A DNA stretch of 64,000 nt. It comes from Phyllobates terribilis. Taxonomy: Eukaryota. The position numbers were made by a program, and so were the translations under genes. Under the pieces are notes generated by a model that saw nothing but the letters and a program-made list of their open reading frames with translations, was not told the DNA's origin and searched no databases. This document shows positions 33,340-45,703 of the stretch, one piece after another (position 1 is the first letter of the stretch; each line of letters begins with the position of its first letter). The stretch lies in assembly GCF_046119375.1 (NCBI RefSeq), contig NW_027362846.1, positions 6,014,001 to 6,078,000 of the forward strand, read 5' to 3'.

Positions 33340-35950
33340 AGGGTTACCGGGCAAACTCACTCAGGGACGAGCCCCACTGTAAAACGACAGCTGGTAGTTC
33401 CCAAAAAGTATAGGCAGGAGTTGCTGCGAATCTCTCATGACATACCCTTGGCGGGGCACCTCGGAGTCAGCCCCACCAGGCATCATCTGACACAAAACTT
33501 CTTTTGGCCAGGGTTATTCCATGATGTTCGTCAGTACTGCCAGACCTGTGACAGTTGCCAGCGCATTGGCAAGAGGGGAGATCGCTGCAAGGCCAAATTA
33601 CACCCCCTTCCCATTGTGGAGGAGCCATTTAGCCGAGTAGCGGTCGATCTGATAGGGCCGTTAGCCAAACCCAGTCCATCAGGGAAAAGGTATATATTGA
33701 CAGTGATAGATTACACCACGCGGTATCCAGAGGCGGTTGCCTTACCTAACATACTGGCAGAGACGGTGGGGGCTGCTCTGCTCCAGGTTTTCTCACGGGT
33801 TAGATTTCCCCGGGAGATTATCTCGGACCAGGGCACCCAATTTACGGCAGAGGTGACCAGCCAACTGTGGAGACTGTGTGGTGTAAAGTCCATTAGAAGC
33901 GCCCCATACCACCCGCAAACCAATGGGTTGTGTGAGCGCTTTAACGGAATGTTAAAACAACTCATTGGGACGTTCACCCGGACCTACAGGGACTGGGAGA
34001 AATTCTTGCCGCACCTCCTGTTCGCCTATCGGGAGGTGCCCCAAGAATCTACGGGGTTCTCCCCATTTGAACTGTTATATGGGAGGCGGGTGAGGGGGCC
34101 CCTAGACTTAGTACGAGAACTCTGGGAAGGGGAGGAAACCATAGCAGGAACCCCTATCGTGCCCTTCGTGCTGGAACTCCGGGACCGCCTGCAGGAGTTG
34201 ACTCAGGCTGTGTGCGTGAACATGCAGGCGGCCCAACGGCTCCAGCGCGTATGGTACGATCAGAGGACTAGAGAATGCACCTTCGAGATAGGACAGAAGG
34301 TCCTGGTACTAGAACCAGTTAGGCAGAACAAATTCCAGGCCGCATGGCAGGGGCCTTACCGGGTAGTGGGGAAAATAGCCGACACCACCTTCAATGTCGC
34401 CGATTGTGACGACCCCAGGGTTATCCGCATGTTCCACGTGAATATGCTGAAGCCCTACCGGGAGCGCCCTGAAGAGGTAGCTTCCATCTGCGCACCCGAA
34501 GCAGAGGATTTAGCCGAACTCCCCTTACCTGATGTCTTAGGTGAGAGGACTCAGTCGAAAACCTGGGACCAGGTACACTTAGGAGAAAACCTAGGGACCC
34601 GGGAGAGAGAGCAGGCCGAGACATTGCTGAGGCAGCGTCAGAGGATGTTCTCAGAGAGACCGGGGTTCACCCGACTTGCACAACACAAGGTTGAGACACA
34701 AGATCAGACCCCCCTGAGACAACCCCCCTTCCGCGTCCCGGAGTCTGTATGAGAAGGGATGCGACAAGAGATACAGGAGATGTTGCGTTTAGGGGTCATT
34801 GAGGAGTCAGATAGTCCCTGGGTGTCCCCTGTAGTGTTAGTGCCTAAGAAAGATGGGACTACCCGGTTTTGGGTAGACTATCGCAAGCTAAATGAGAAAA
34901 CTGTGACAGATGCGTATCCCATGCCGCGTGTGGACGAGTTGTTAGACCGGCTGGCTGGGGCAAAGTATTTGACCACCATCGATCTATGCAAAGGCTATTG
35001 GCAGATTCCCCTAAGTCCTGATGCTATTCCCAAGTCTGCATTTGTCACCCCGTTTGGCTTATTCCAGTTTTGGGTTATGCCATTTGGGATGAAGAATGCC
35101 CCCGCGACCTTCCAGAGGCTGGCTGACCGGCTTCTGGATGGTCTCCAGGACTATGCTTGTGCCTACCTGGATGACATCGCCGTCTACAGCGCGACATGGG
35201 ATGAGCATCTAAATCATCTAGAGACAGTATTGGATAGGATCCACAAAGCCGGACTCACCCTGAATCCCAACAAGTGTCACGTAGGCAAAGCAGAGGTGCA
35301 GTATTTAGGACATTGGGTGGGGGGTGGAAAACAACGACCGGAACCCGCCAAGATTGAGGCCATAGCCAAGTGGCCCACCCCACATGCTAAAACCCAAGTC
35401 ATGGCCTTTCTAGGGACAGCAGGGTATTATAGGAAATTTGTCCCTAATTACAGCAGCATTGCCAAGCCCCTCACTGATCTGACACGTAAGAACCTCCCCC
35501 GCCAGTTAACTTGGACCCCCGAGTGTGAGGAAGCCTTCCGCCAGCTAAAGGACGCTCTCACAAATACCCCGATATTGGCCGCACCCGATCCAACTAAATG
35601 TTTCCTTGTTCACACGGACGCATCTATGTTTGGGTTAGGGGCAGTACTGAGCCAAGTTGGGCCGGACGGCCAAGAACACCCAATAGCTTATCTGAGTCGG
35701 AAATTACTGCCTCGAGAAGTCAGCTATGTGGCCATCGAAAAGGAATGCCTGGCAGTAGTATTTGTAAATATATTTGTATGGAAGATAGTATTCCCTCATA
35801 ACGGATCATAACCCCCTGGTATGGCTTAATCGGGTCTCCGGGGACAATGCCAGACTACTACGGTGGAGTTTGGCGCTACAACCGTTAGACTTCACCATCC
35901 ACTATAGACCCGGCAAGCAAAATGGTAACGCCGATGGACTAAGCCGACAA
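33340..35950 (+). pseudogene. Gmr1-like pol: integrase then RT-RNase H (stop at 34750, 3' lesions)
   Basis: ORFs 33319..34752 and 34759..35811 with canonical motifs. Confidence 0.9.
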
Positions 35951-37000
35951 ACTGACCTGCTACCAACCTCATAAATCGTGGACCTCCTCCAGCTGATCCG
36001 TCGGGGAGCAGACTGGGTAGGCCGATCATGTCCGAGAAGGGGGAGGATTGTGACGGATCAACCCCGTACTCCAAGATTTTGCCACATGGGGGTTGTCGTA
36101 GCGCCTATGCAGCTAATGGGACATAATGTTACAAAGTGGGGTGAATATTGTGGATCGCATATTGTTGGACATGCTGTGATGTGACCGAAGCACTCCTGAC
36201 CCCCACCTTCCTGTGCTCACTTAGCAGGGGCCAACAGACAATGTGCTGATTAATGGGTTGTTGCATAACTGCTGTCTGGGAGCCTACTGTGGGTATTATC
36301 TGGTGAGAACAATGGGTGCTAAAAAATAGTCTGTGTGATTCTCTATAAAACCTGCTTGTAAGAATAAAAGTTTTAGTCCATCTTGGAGACACAGTGCGAT
36401 AGTCATATTTTATATATCCCAGTGTAAGAAAAGCCTTTCCATGTCAGGGGCCGGCAGAAGAAGATTGGACATCTGCGGATGGGGTAACTAGCTCCCGTCA
36501 CATTACCTTTACTTAGAGACCACACATTACATGACTCACTGTCCGTTATTTTCATTTTCAGAAAGGCTCTAACTTGCTTCTTTAAGAGTGGTCTTGGCCA
36601 GTTTTGGATTGCATCTACTTTACTGATCTGGGGTTTGATCTCGCCTCTACCTACTACATATCCTAGTTATTTGGCCTCTTTATTTCCCATGGCAAAATGT
36701 TTTCAGATTTATAGAAAACCCTGCCTTCCTGAGAGGATCAAACGCCGCCTGGACCTTTTGCAGGTGACATCTCCAATCTGGGCTGAAGATTACGATATAT
36801 AAAGTATGATGCAGTGTAATTCTTACGGATTGCGAGGATCCAGTCCATGGCACTCTGGAAGGTGGCCAGGGCTCCCTGCAGACCAAACAGCATCCGGACA
36901 TATTGGAAACATCCGTCGGGCATAGAGAAGGCAGTCTTCTTCTTGGCTTCTTGTGACATGGGGATTTGCCAATATTTCTTAGTTAAATCCAAGGTGGTTA

Positions 37001-38358
37001 TGTGGCGCCCCTGAGAGTTCAGTCGCCACAGGGGTACTGCACTTCATGGAACGAGGTGTGGTATCTCCTCTCCGAGGTAAGGATGGAGCACCACACAGGA
37101 CCCCACCACACATCCAACACTACACACTCCCATTCTGAAGGGGGTTTAGAGCACAATGTGCTGCCCCGGTCCTGAATGGAGGAGTAAGGGGGGAACCAAA
37201 AGTAGGGGGAACCTTGTAGTGAGTAGGGTGGAGGAAGCACTTTACGGTTACACTAATACATCCATATAAATATGGATGCCATCTTTAATACCGGGTCTTT
37301 TGTCGCAGTTCCCTGGAGGTGACAGTTAGTACAAGCTGCAGCTGCCTCAAGATGCTGCTATTCCCGGTCTCAGGCCTTGAGATTGGGGGCTGGGGCAGAG
37401 TTGAGTTACAGCTGGCTGTGTCCTATGTCTTAGTTCACACCAGAAGGCCTAGGAGGGGAGCAGAGGAGAAGAGCTCCACAGGCGAAAGGATCTCAGGGGA
37501 TGTGGACGGAGCGGAGTCGCCACCTGCTACCCTTATTCTGGCCCCGCCAGAGAGACTCCTGCCGCAAGAGGGGGTACCGGTCCCCGATTATCTGACTTTG
37601 TACTCCAGGTCTCTGTCAGAAAAGTCCGGAGGCTGAAGTGGATCCCAGGGGGAATACGGATGGAGCAGAGTCGTCACCTGTATCCCCTTAATCTGCGTCT
37701 ATCCAGAGGGACCCCAGCATTACGCCACGTTTACACCCCAGTCACCAATAAGGGACCTAGGCGGTCCGGGGGCTACAAGCCACCTTCAGCGGACATTGCG
37801 GTGCCCGTACGGGACTTAGTAGGGGCACGAGGCGGTTCTAGTACAGCAAGTGAGAGGAACACACTGGTGCTGGGGTTTTGTCTGGTGCACCCGAGCTACC
37901 CGGAGTGAGCTGAACCCCATCCTGGTGGCCGCAGCGCGCCGTGAGGAACAAAGAGATGCTTTGTGGCTGAAAACAAGTCTACCGTGAGTAAAACCTGGAT
38001 GACTTCATACATCGCCTCTTCTCTCTCATTTCTGCGCGGCACCGCACCCACCATTCCTCTGCACTGCACTTCTACTCTGCCCTGAGGCCTAGCTCCACCT
38101 GCGGGGAGCTATTCCATCCCAAGCTGCTAGAACACCGGCCTCAGAGGACTGTCGCAGCGCTGGTGGTCCTCAGCAGAAACCACAGGAGGCGTTGCAGACA
38201 AATAACCACTCATCCACTACCCTATATTTTTAATGTGTGCTCCCTGGCCACGGACCGGGCCAAGGCCACGACTGCATCCCCCTCTGCCACCGGCCCGCAG
38301 TCCGAGTACACCTTTCCCAGGGAGGGCTAACGCTACCTGAGTAGTAGTGGGTCACACA
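37001..38358. mobile_element. Solo LTR, same family as 23188-24446, opposite orientation
   Basis: TGTGGCGCCCCTGAG...GTCACACA; flanks GTTA/GTTG; splits the Gypsy RT motif ARY|TTLDL. Confidence 0.87.
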
Positions 38359-38838
38359 GTTGTATACCTTGCCAGCCCACGTCTCACGATCAGGTCATCG
38401 ACACACGGCATCTGATATGCGTTGAACTTGGACTTCATTCAGCTTCCTATAATCGTTACAGAACCTCCATTCGCCATCAGGTTTTGGAACCAGGACAATA
38501 GGGCTAGACCACCCTCTCTGATTCCTCAGTGACTCAGAGATTCCTTGGAGAATAGCTCTCGCCAGGCCTCAGGAATTAGATAGGGCTTCAAGTTCACCCG
38601 CACATGGGATTAAATCAGAACCTCATGTTCTATGACCTTTGTACAAAAAAGCAAATCTAAGAACAGGTCCCTGTTCTGCTGCAACAACTCCCGCACTGCT
38701 ATTTTTGAGCCTTCAATGGCATCTTTGCTATTATGACTCTTTCAACATCTGCTTCAGGCTTGTCCAGAAAACACGGAGTTTCAACTGGCTCCCTATCTTG
38801 CCACCTACGTACACTTGGTACAGTTTTAGTCTTCCTGG

Positions 38839-39880
38839 TTATTATTATTAATTAATATAGTGCCATTAATTCCATGGCGCTTTACATGTGAAAAAGGGGT
38901 ATACATAGCAGACAACAAGTACAATAGTTTAAACAAAAACAAGTCACCGACTGGCACAGGAGGCGAGAGGACCCTGCCCGTGAGGGCTCACAGTGTAGAA
39001 GGGGTGGGTGAGGATACCGTAGGTGAGGGTACAGCTGGTCATGCAGTGAGGGTTACTGCAGGTTGTAGGCTTGTCGGAAGAGGTCGGTCTTCAGGTTCCT
39101 TTTGAAGGTTTCCACGGTAGGCGAGAGTCTGACGTGTTGGAGTAGAGAGTTCCAGAGTAGGGGGGATGCATGGGAGAAATCTTGTATGCAATTGTGGGAA
39201 GAGGAGAAAGGAGCAGAGTAGTGAAGGTGGTCCTGTGAGGATCGGAGGTTGCATGCAAGTAGGTACCGGGAGACTAGGTCATAGATATATGGAGGAGATA
39301 GGCTATGGATGGTTTTGTATGCCAAGGTTAGGGTCTTGAACTTGAGTCTCTGGGCAATGGGGAGCCAGTGCAGGGATTGGCAGCGGGAAGAGACAGGAGA
39401 ATAGCGGGGGGACAGGTGCATTAGTCGGGCAGCAGAGTTTAGGATAGATTGCCGGGGTGCGAGAGAGTTAGAAGAGAGACCACAGAGCAGGAGGTTGCAG
39501 TAGTCGAGGAGAGAGATGATGAGGGCACGCACTAGTGTTTTTGCAGATTCATGGTTGAGGAATGTGCGGATCCGGGAAATATTTTTGAATTGGAGTCAGC
39601 ATGAAGTGGAAAGGCCTTGGATATGAGGTTTGAAGGAGAAATTAGAGTCAAGGGTTACCCAGAGGCAGCGAGCTTGCGAGACTGGGGAGAGTGGGTGGCC
39701 ATTGACTTTGATAGATAGGTCAGGAGGGGGGTTGAGTGAGATGGTGGAAATATGATGAATTTGGTTTTATCCATATTAAGTTTTAGGAATCTAGCAGAGA
39801 AGAAAGATGAAATAGCAGACAGACATTGTGGTATTCTGGTTAGTAAGGAGTTGATATCGAGTACAGAGAGGTAGATCTGT
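38839..39880 (-). mobile_element. 5'-truncated L2 LINE with intact 3'UTR and (TAA)n tail
   Basis: ORF 39053..39532 (SLLDYCNLLL, LHWLP, LFRQAY); 3'UTR ending gtaaagcgccatggaattaatggcactat, then taa repeats. Confidence 0.9.
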
Positions 39881-42677
39881 GATGAACCTTGCAGTTCACT
39901 TCACCAAGCTTCTCTACCACCTCATAGGGGTCTTACCATTTGGCCCAAAACTTACTCTCCACTGTGGGAATTAGTACAAGGACTCTGTCCCCGGGCCTGA
40001 ACTGCCTCACCCTGGCTGCCCAGTTGTAGACCCTAGATTGAGCCCCTTGTGCCTGGAGGAAATGTCCTTTTATTATGGGCATCACCTTCGCAATCATCTC
40101 CTACATTTTGGTGACATCCTCAATGATGCTCCGATGGGGCGTAACCTCGGCTTCCCAGGAATCCTTTGCTATATCAAGGAGACCCCTTGCATGTCGACCA
40201 TATAGTAGTTAAAATGGAGAGAATCCGGTCGAGGCTTGTGGAACCTCCCGGATAGAAAACAACAGATACGGGAGGAGACAGTCCCAGTCTTGACCGTCCT
40301 ATATGACCTTCTTAAGCATACTCTTCAATGTTTTATTTAACCTTTCCACAAGGCCGTCCATCTGGGATGGTACATGGATGTCTTCAGTTGTGTAATTTGT
40401 GGGCCTTACACAGTTCCCTCATCACCTTACTCATAAAGGGTTTTCCTTGGTCGGTAAGTATCTCCCCCGGTAATCCGGTCCAGGATAAAATGTGTACCAA
40501 CTCGTGGGCTTTACTTACCACCGAGGAGTTTCTCAGGGGAACCGCTTCAGGGCACCACGTAGCATAGTCAAGGATGAACAATATGTATTGATGCCCACAA
40601 GCAGATTTAACCAGGTGATGGACCAAGTCCATGGCAATTCGCTCAAACGGCACTTCTATGATGGGTAATGGTACGAGGGGATGTCGAAAGTGAGAGGAGG
40701 GGGCGATTATCTGGCAGGTGGGACAGGACCTGCAATACTTTAAGATTTCCTGGTGACAACCAGGCCAATGGAACCTCCGCACAACCTGTTCTAAAGTTTT
40801 ATCCACTTTTATCCACATCCAAATGGTCAAGACATGTGAATGGACCATGTCCATCATCCTTCGTCTACATGGTCAGGGTACCAACAATTGCTCCACTATT
40901 TCCTCTCTGACCTTAATAACGCTGTACAATAACTCCCCACTCAACATAAAATAGGTAAACCTGGTGTCAGCCCCTGGCTCTTGCGCTATACTGTTTAAGA
41001 CGGTTACATTATTGAATGCCTCCTTTAGCATTAGCTCCCTATCAAGGGCGGACCTAACATTTTCACTAGTCACCCCTACATCAGGTATGTTGGCCCCAAG
41101 GGACACTACCTTGTCATCCCCCACAAGGACACAGAAGGGAAACCCGTCAGACTCTGAGTGTGGTGACAGTTCTTTAGGGGCGACCCGTCTCTTAATCGAG
41201 CACTGTCACCCTCCCCCAAAAGTCCCAAAACAAACAAAAGTCCTGGCCTATAATAATGGGGTGCAGTAAGTCCTAGACCACGCCAATCTCGTGGGACTCA
41301 GTACCTTGGCCCATTCCAATGTCCACTCTCGCCACTGGATAGCCTTTAGCATCCTCGTGAAAGCAATTGACGTCAACCTTCTTTCCAGGGATCAGCTGGA
41401 GAGGAAATGTGGCCCTCACGAGGGTCAACAAACTTTCTAAGCCTAGCAGTCCAGTCACTTGCCGGCCATTCCCGATTACGGGACAAGCTTGTGGCCCCTT
41501 GTTGCGTGGAAAGATCGAACTGCAAACTGGATACACATAGTATGAACAGTGGCAACCCAGGCTACAGTCCATCTGCTCGGAAGTCAGGGGACAATGGGGG
41601 GCTATATGGCCTGGGCCGTGATATTTCCAGCATATATTGCCAGCTGGGACCTTTGGTATAACCTCCCCTGAGCCTTTTGACCTTGGACGCCCCACCCCTT
41701 TTTGAGGGTCCCCAAGGAACCATCGACCCCGTGATATCTTTCGAACAGTCTGACCAGGTCATCTGCATTCCGGGGATCCCCCTGGGCAACCCAAGTCTGT
41801 ATTGGCCTCGGAAAGGAGTGCACAAACCGGTACATTACCACTCGCTCTACCATCTGCACAGGGGTAGAGGTCTTTGCCTGCAACCATTTTTGGACGTGGT
41901 TCAGCAAATCAAACACTTGGTAGGGAGGGGGTTTGTCACAGTGATATGCCCAGCGGTGGACACGTTGTACCCTGGCAGTCATTGTCACTCCTAAGCGCAT
42001 CTTTTAAGGCTAAGTCAGAGTAGGCCTTCTGGAGCTCCCCCATTAAGTATTGCATCAGCACATTGCTCTGGCGAGAGTTTCTCCCTCTCGGCGAATCTTT
42101 CAAAAATGGCCTCTGTGTCATCACCCTTGGTCATTTTCTGCAGAGCTCTCCTTACTGCCTTCTGGATGGAGAAATCAGCTGACCTTGGAGTCGAAGCTGC
42201 CGCCATGCCACGAACCTCTGTTGCATAAGCAGCTTATTTGTCTTCTGTTGCGCCAGCTGTTGTCGGTACTGCTGCTACAGCTGGGCTTGTACCAGGTGTT
42301 TCACTAGGTTCTCCATGCTATCTGACGTTATTTACTGGCTTATGGCCGCCTTCACTGGGGGCATGCAGTACCTCTGTAGTAGTTACACATGTTCCCTAGG
42401 AACGCTGCCCGCAATTCTAACACCAATTGTGGGAATGCTACTCACTTGGGTGCGTGGTGAGGTAACACGGGAACTGTTTCCATTTATATGTCCTTGCTGG
42501 GTTATTGGTTCTTCATAAACCACATCACAAGCATAGGAAAATAAACGGCCTTTCAATGGAGGCAAAGCAAAGTAAACCGTTCCAACAATGACACTTTAGA
42601 GACAGTCTAGGACAGGGGTCTCAAACACGCGGCCAAATGTGGCCCCTCCGGCTGCTTCTTGCGGCCCGCAGGCAAAT

Positions 42678-42945
42678 AGACTCCGTAATGATTGCGGCTC
42701 TCTCCAGCAGCCGCCGATATCAGCGCTGTAGTGCAGTATATGGCCGTGCAGAGACCGGCTCTGTGCACAGCAATATCAGTGCCAGCCTATCAGAGGCCAG
42801 CAGCTGACATCTGCGTCCCAGCGCGGCGGCGTATGACGTCACTGACATGGGCAGATGTCAGCTGCTGGCCTCCGCGCGGCAATACACTGCACTACAGCGC
42901 TGATATCGGCGGCTGCTGGAGAAAGCCGCGATCGTTACGGGGTCT
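42678..42945. repeat. Nested palindromic MITE-like hairpin inside the hAT element
   Basis: agactccgtaatgattgcggct... and ...agccgcgatcgttacggggtct are long inverted arms. Confidence 0.75.
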
Positions 42946-43049
42946 GTGCCTGCGGCCACAGGTGCAGAAAGGACGCTGAGGGAACGGAGGACAGGTGAGA
43001 ATCTTTTTTTAGTTTTTTCTCTGTCATGCGAGATACAGCACAGGGGACC

Positions 43050-43940
43050 TGTGCTCAGTATAGGGGGGGGGCACCATGCGCAGTATGGGGGGACGGGGAC
43101 CCTGAGCGCAGTATGGGGGGGCGGTGACCCTGAGTGCAGTATGGGGGGACGGGGACCATGAGCACAGTATGGGGGGGGGACCCTGAGCGCAGTATGGGGG
43201 GATGGGGACGGGGACCATGAGCGCTATATGGGGGGGGACCCTGAGCGCTGTATGGGGGGGGGGATCCTGAGCGCTGTATGGGGTGGGCTGGGACCCTGAG
43301 CGCTGTATGGGGGAGGGGGCGGGGACCCTGTGCGCAGTATGGGGGGGCGGCCCTGTGCGCAGTATAGGGGGACACCTGGATGGGGGACATGTCTGCAACA
43401 TGGGTACCTGGATGGGGGACATGTCTGCAACATAAGGACCAGGATGGGGGACCATGTCTGCAATATGGGGAACCATGTCTGCAATATGGGGGACCTGGAT
43501 GGGTGACCATGTCTGCAATATTGGGGGACCTGGATGGGGGACCATGTCGGCAATATGGGGACCATGTCTGCAATATGAAGGCCATGTCTGCAATATGGGG
43601 GACCATGTCTGCAATATGGGGGACCATGTCTGCAATATGGGGACCATGTCTGCAATATGAAGGCCATGTCTGCAATATGGGGGATCTGAATGGGGGACCA
43701 TGTCGGCAATATGTGGGACCATGTCTGCAATATGGAGGACCTGGATGGGAGACCATGTCTGCAATATGGAGGACCTGGATGGGAGACCATGTCTGCAATA
43801 TGGGGGACCTTGATGGGAGACCATGTCTGCAATATGGGGGACCTGCATGGGAGACCATGTCTGCAATATGGGGGAGCTGGAGGGGAGACCATGTCTGCAA
43901 TATGGGGGACCTGGAGGGGAGACCATGTCTGCAAGATGAG
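43050..43940. repeat. Two G-rich minisatellites inside the hAT element
   Basis: gggaccctgagcgcagtatggggg units (43050-43375); ggaccatgtctgcaatatgg 20-bp and longer variant units (43375-43940). Confidence 0.88.
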
Positions 43941-44324
43941 GACCAGTTCAAAAGGTGTATAGAAAATAAAATGGTATCACTAAAAATGTCACTTTGTCAT
44001 GCAAACAATGCGGCCCCCCAAATTAAATGTTTTTCCGTGTGCGGCCCTTATACCCAGCTGAGTTTGAGACCCCTGGTCTAGGACAACCACCTCTGTGATA
44101 CATAATTCCCATCAACTATGTGTCCGAAAGCCACCTTACATCATCTTAGACCGAACAAGGAGTTAATGGCTGAAATACATACAAACATGTATACAGCCAT
44201 AGTGAGGTAAGTGAAGGTGCATAGAAACTGACAGCTTCCTTCATGCACGTACACTCCCATCATCATTCGTCTTAGTGACCAGAACTCGCTCTATTCAGAG
44301 GGTGCAGATAGATAAATCGGGATA

Positions 44325-45447
44325 CTCCTCTCCGTACACCTCGTACACACGCGGCTCCGCTCCGTACACCTCGTACACGCGAGGCTCCGCTCCGTACACC
44401 TCGTACACGCGCGGCTCCGCTCCGTACACCTCGTACACGCGCGGCTCCGCACACCTCGTACACGCGCGGCTCCGCTCCGTACACCTCGTACATGCGCGGC
44501 TCCGCTCCGTACACCTCGTACACGCGCGGCTCCGCTCCGTACACCTCATACACGCGCGGCTCCGCTCCGTACACGCGCGGCTCCGCTCCGTACACCTCGT
44601 ACACGCGCGGCTCCGCTCCGTACACCTCGTACACGCGCGGCTCCGCTCCGTACACCTCGTACATGCGCGGCTCCGCTCCGTACACCTCGTACACGCGCGG
44701 CTCCGCTCCGTACACCTCGTACACGCGCGGCTCCGCTCCGTACACCTCGTACACGCGCGGCTCCGCTCCGTACACCTCGTACACGCGCGGCTCCGCTCCG
44801 TACACCTCGTACACGCGCGGCTCCGCTCCGTACACGCGCGGCTCCGCTCCGTACACCTCGTACACGCGCGGCTCCGCTCCGTACACCTCGTACACGCACG
44901 GCTCCGCTCCGTACACCTCGTACACGCGCGGCTCCGCTCCGTACACCTCGTACACGCGCGGCTCCGCTCCGTACACCTCGTACACGCGCGGCTCCGCTCC
45001 GTACACCTCGTACACGCGCGGCTCCGCTCCGTACACCTCGTACACGCGCGGCTCCGCTCCGTACACCTCGTACACGCGCGGCTCCGCTCCGTACACCTCG
45101 TACACGCGCGGCTCCGCTCCGTACACCTCGTACACGCGCGGCTCCGCTCCGTACACCTCGTACACGCGCGGCTCCGCTCCGTACACCTCGTACACGCGCG
45201 GCTCCGCTCCGTACACCTCGTACACGCGCGGCTCCGCTCCGTACACCTCGTACACGCGCGGCTCCGCTCCGTACACCTCGTACACACGCGGCTCTGCTCC
45301 GTACACCTCGTACACACACGGCTCCGCTCCGTACACCTCGTACACACGCGGCTCTGCTCCGTACACCTCGTACACACGCGGCTCCGCTCCGTACACCTCG
45401 TACACACGCGGCTCCGCTCCGTACACCTCGTACACACGCGGCTCCGC
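44325..45447. repeat. 30-bp CpG-rich minisatellite upstream of ZNF gene B, ~37-38 highly homogeneous units
   Basis: gtacacctcgtacacgcgcggctccgctcc repeated perfectly over long stretches. Confidence 0.97.
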
Positions 45448-45612
45448 TACATCCACACTGTAAACCCCTCCTGACCCCACACATAAACTTCAGCTCATCC
45501 AGCACCATGACAACCAGCACAGCAGAGTCCTGCATCCACTGAGGCCCCTGATCATGTGACCCCTGACTCCTCCCCTCCTGTGACCTCATCACAGCTCCTG
45601 GGCGCACAGAGC
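45448..45612 (+). promoter_or_regulatory. Putative promoter block of ZNF gene B
   Basis: Near-identical to 24933-25105 up to cagagcagccat. Confidence 0.55.
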
Positions 45613-45703
45613 AGCCATCTTCCTTCCATTTAGGATCCTGTAGATTCAGTCGTTCTCATCATTATCTTCCATCTTCTAGAAAATTTACCTTAAACCTTAG
45701 TGG

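Larger units (their letters stand above)
30518..36502 (+). mobile_element. Gmr1-like Gypsy LTR retrotransposon (gag-IN-RT-RH order) with both LTRs and TSD TTACC
   Basis: LTRs 30518-30970 and 36049-36502 (TGTGACGG...CCGTCACA, ~14 differences by eye); TTACC on both flanks; purine-rich PPT before 36049; IN (HHCC, VDLIGP, SDQG, GLCERFN) precedes RT (YLDD) and RNase H (HTDAS). Confidence 0.95.
42613..44075. mobile_element. hAT-type non-autonomous element with 8-bp TSD GTCTAGGA
   Basis: CAGGGGTCTCAAAC...GTTTGAGACCCCTG TIRs; TSD at 42605-42612 and 44076-44083. Confidence 0.93.
36560..44325 (-). mobile_element. Second, older Gmr1-like Gypsy element (degenerate; only the 5' LTR retained), interrupted by a solo LTR, L2 and hAT MITE
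   Basis: PBS-like tggtgttagaattgcggg next to the LTR start at 42428; gag/SCAN-like ORFs 41602-42206; knuckle CWKYHGPGHIAPHC; IN 40384-40857; RT remnants (TTLDLTKKYWQIP) at 36700-38460. Boundaries approximate. Confidence 0.8.

Noticed and set aside
43024-44081. Repetitive ORFs (HIADMVP, GGPCLQY)
   Set aside because: Translations of minisatellites inside the hAT MITE.
44272-45607. Long ORFs on both strands (EPRVYEVYGA)n etc.
   Set aside because: By-products of a stop-free 30-bp minisatellite; the same applies to 22669-25095.
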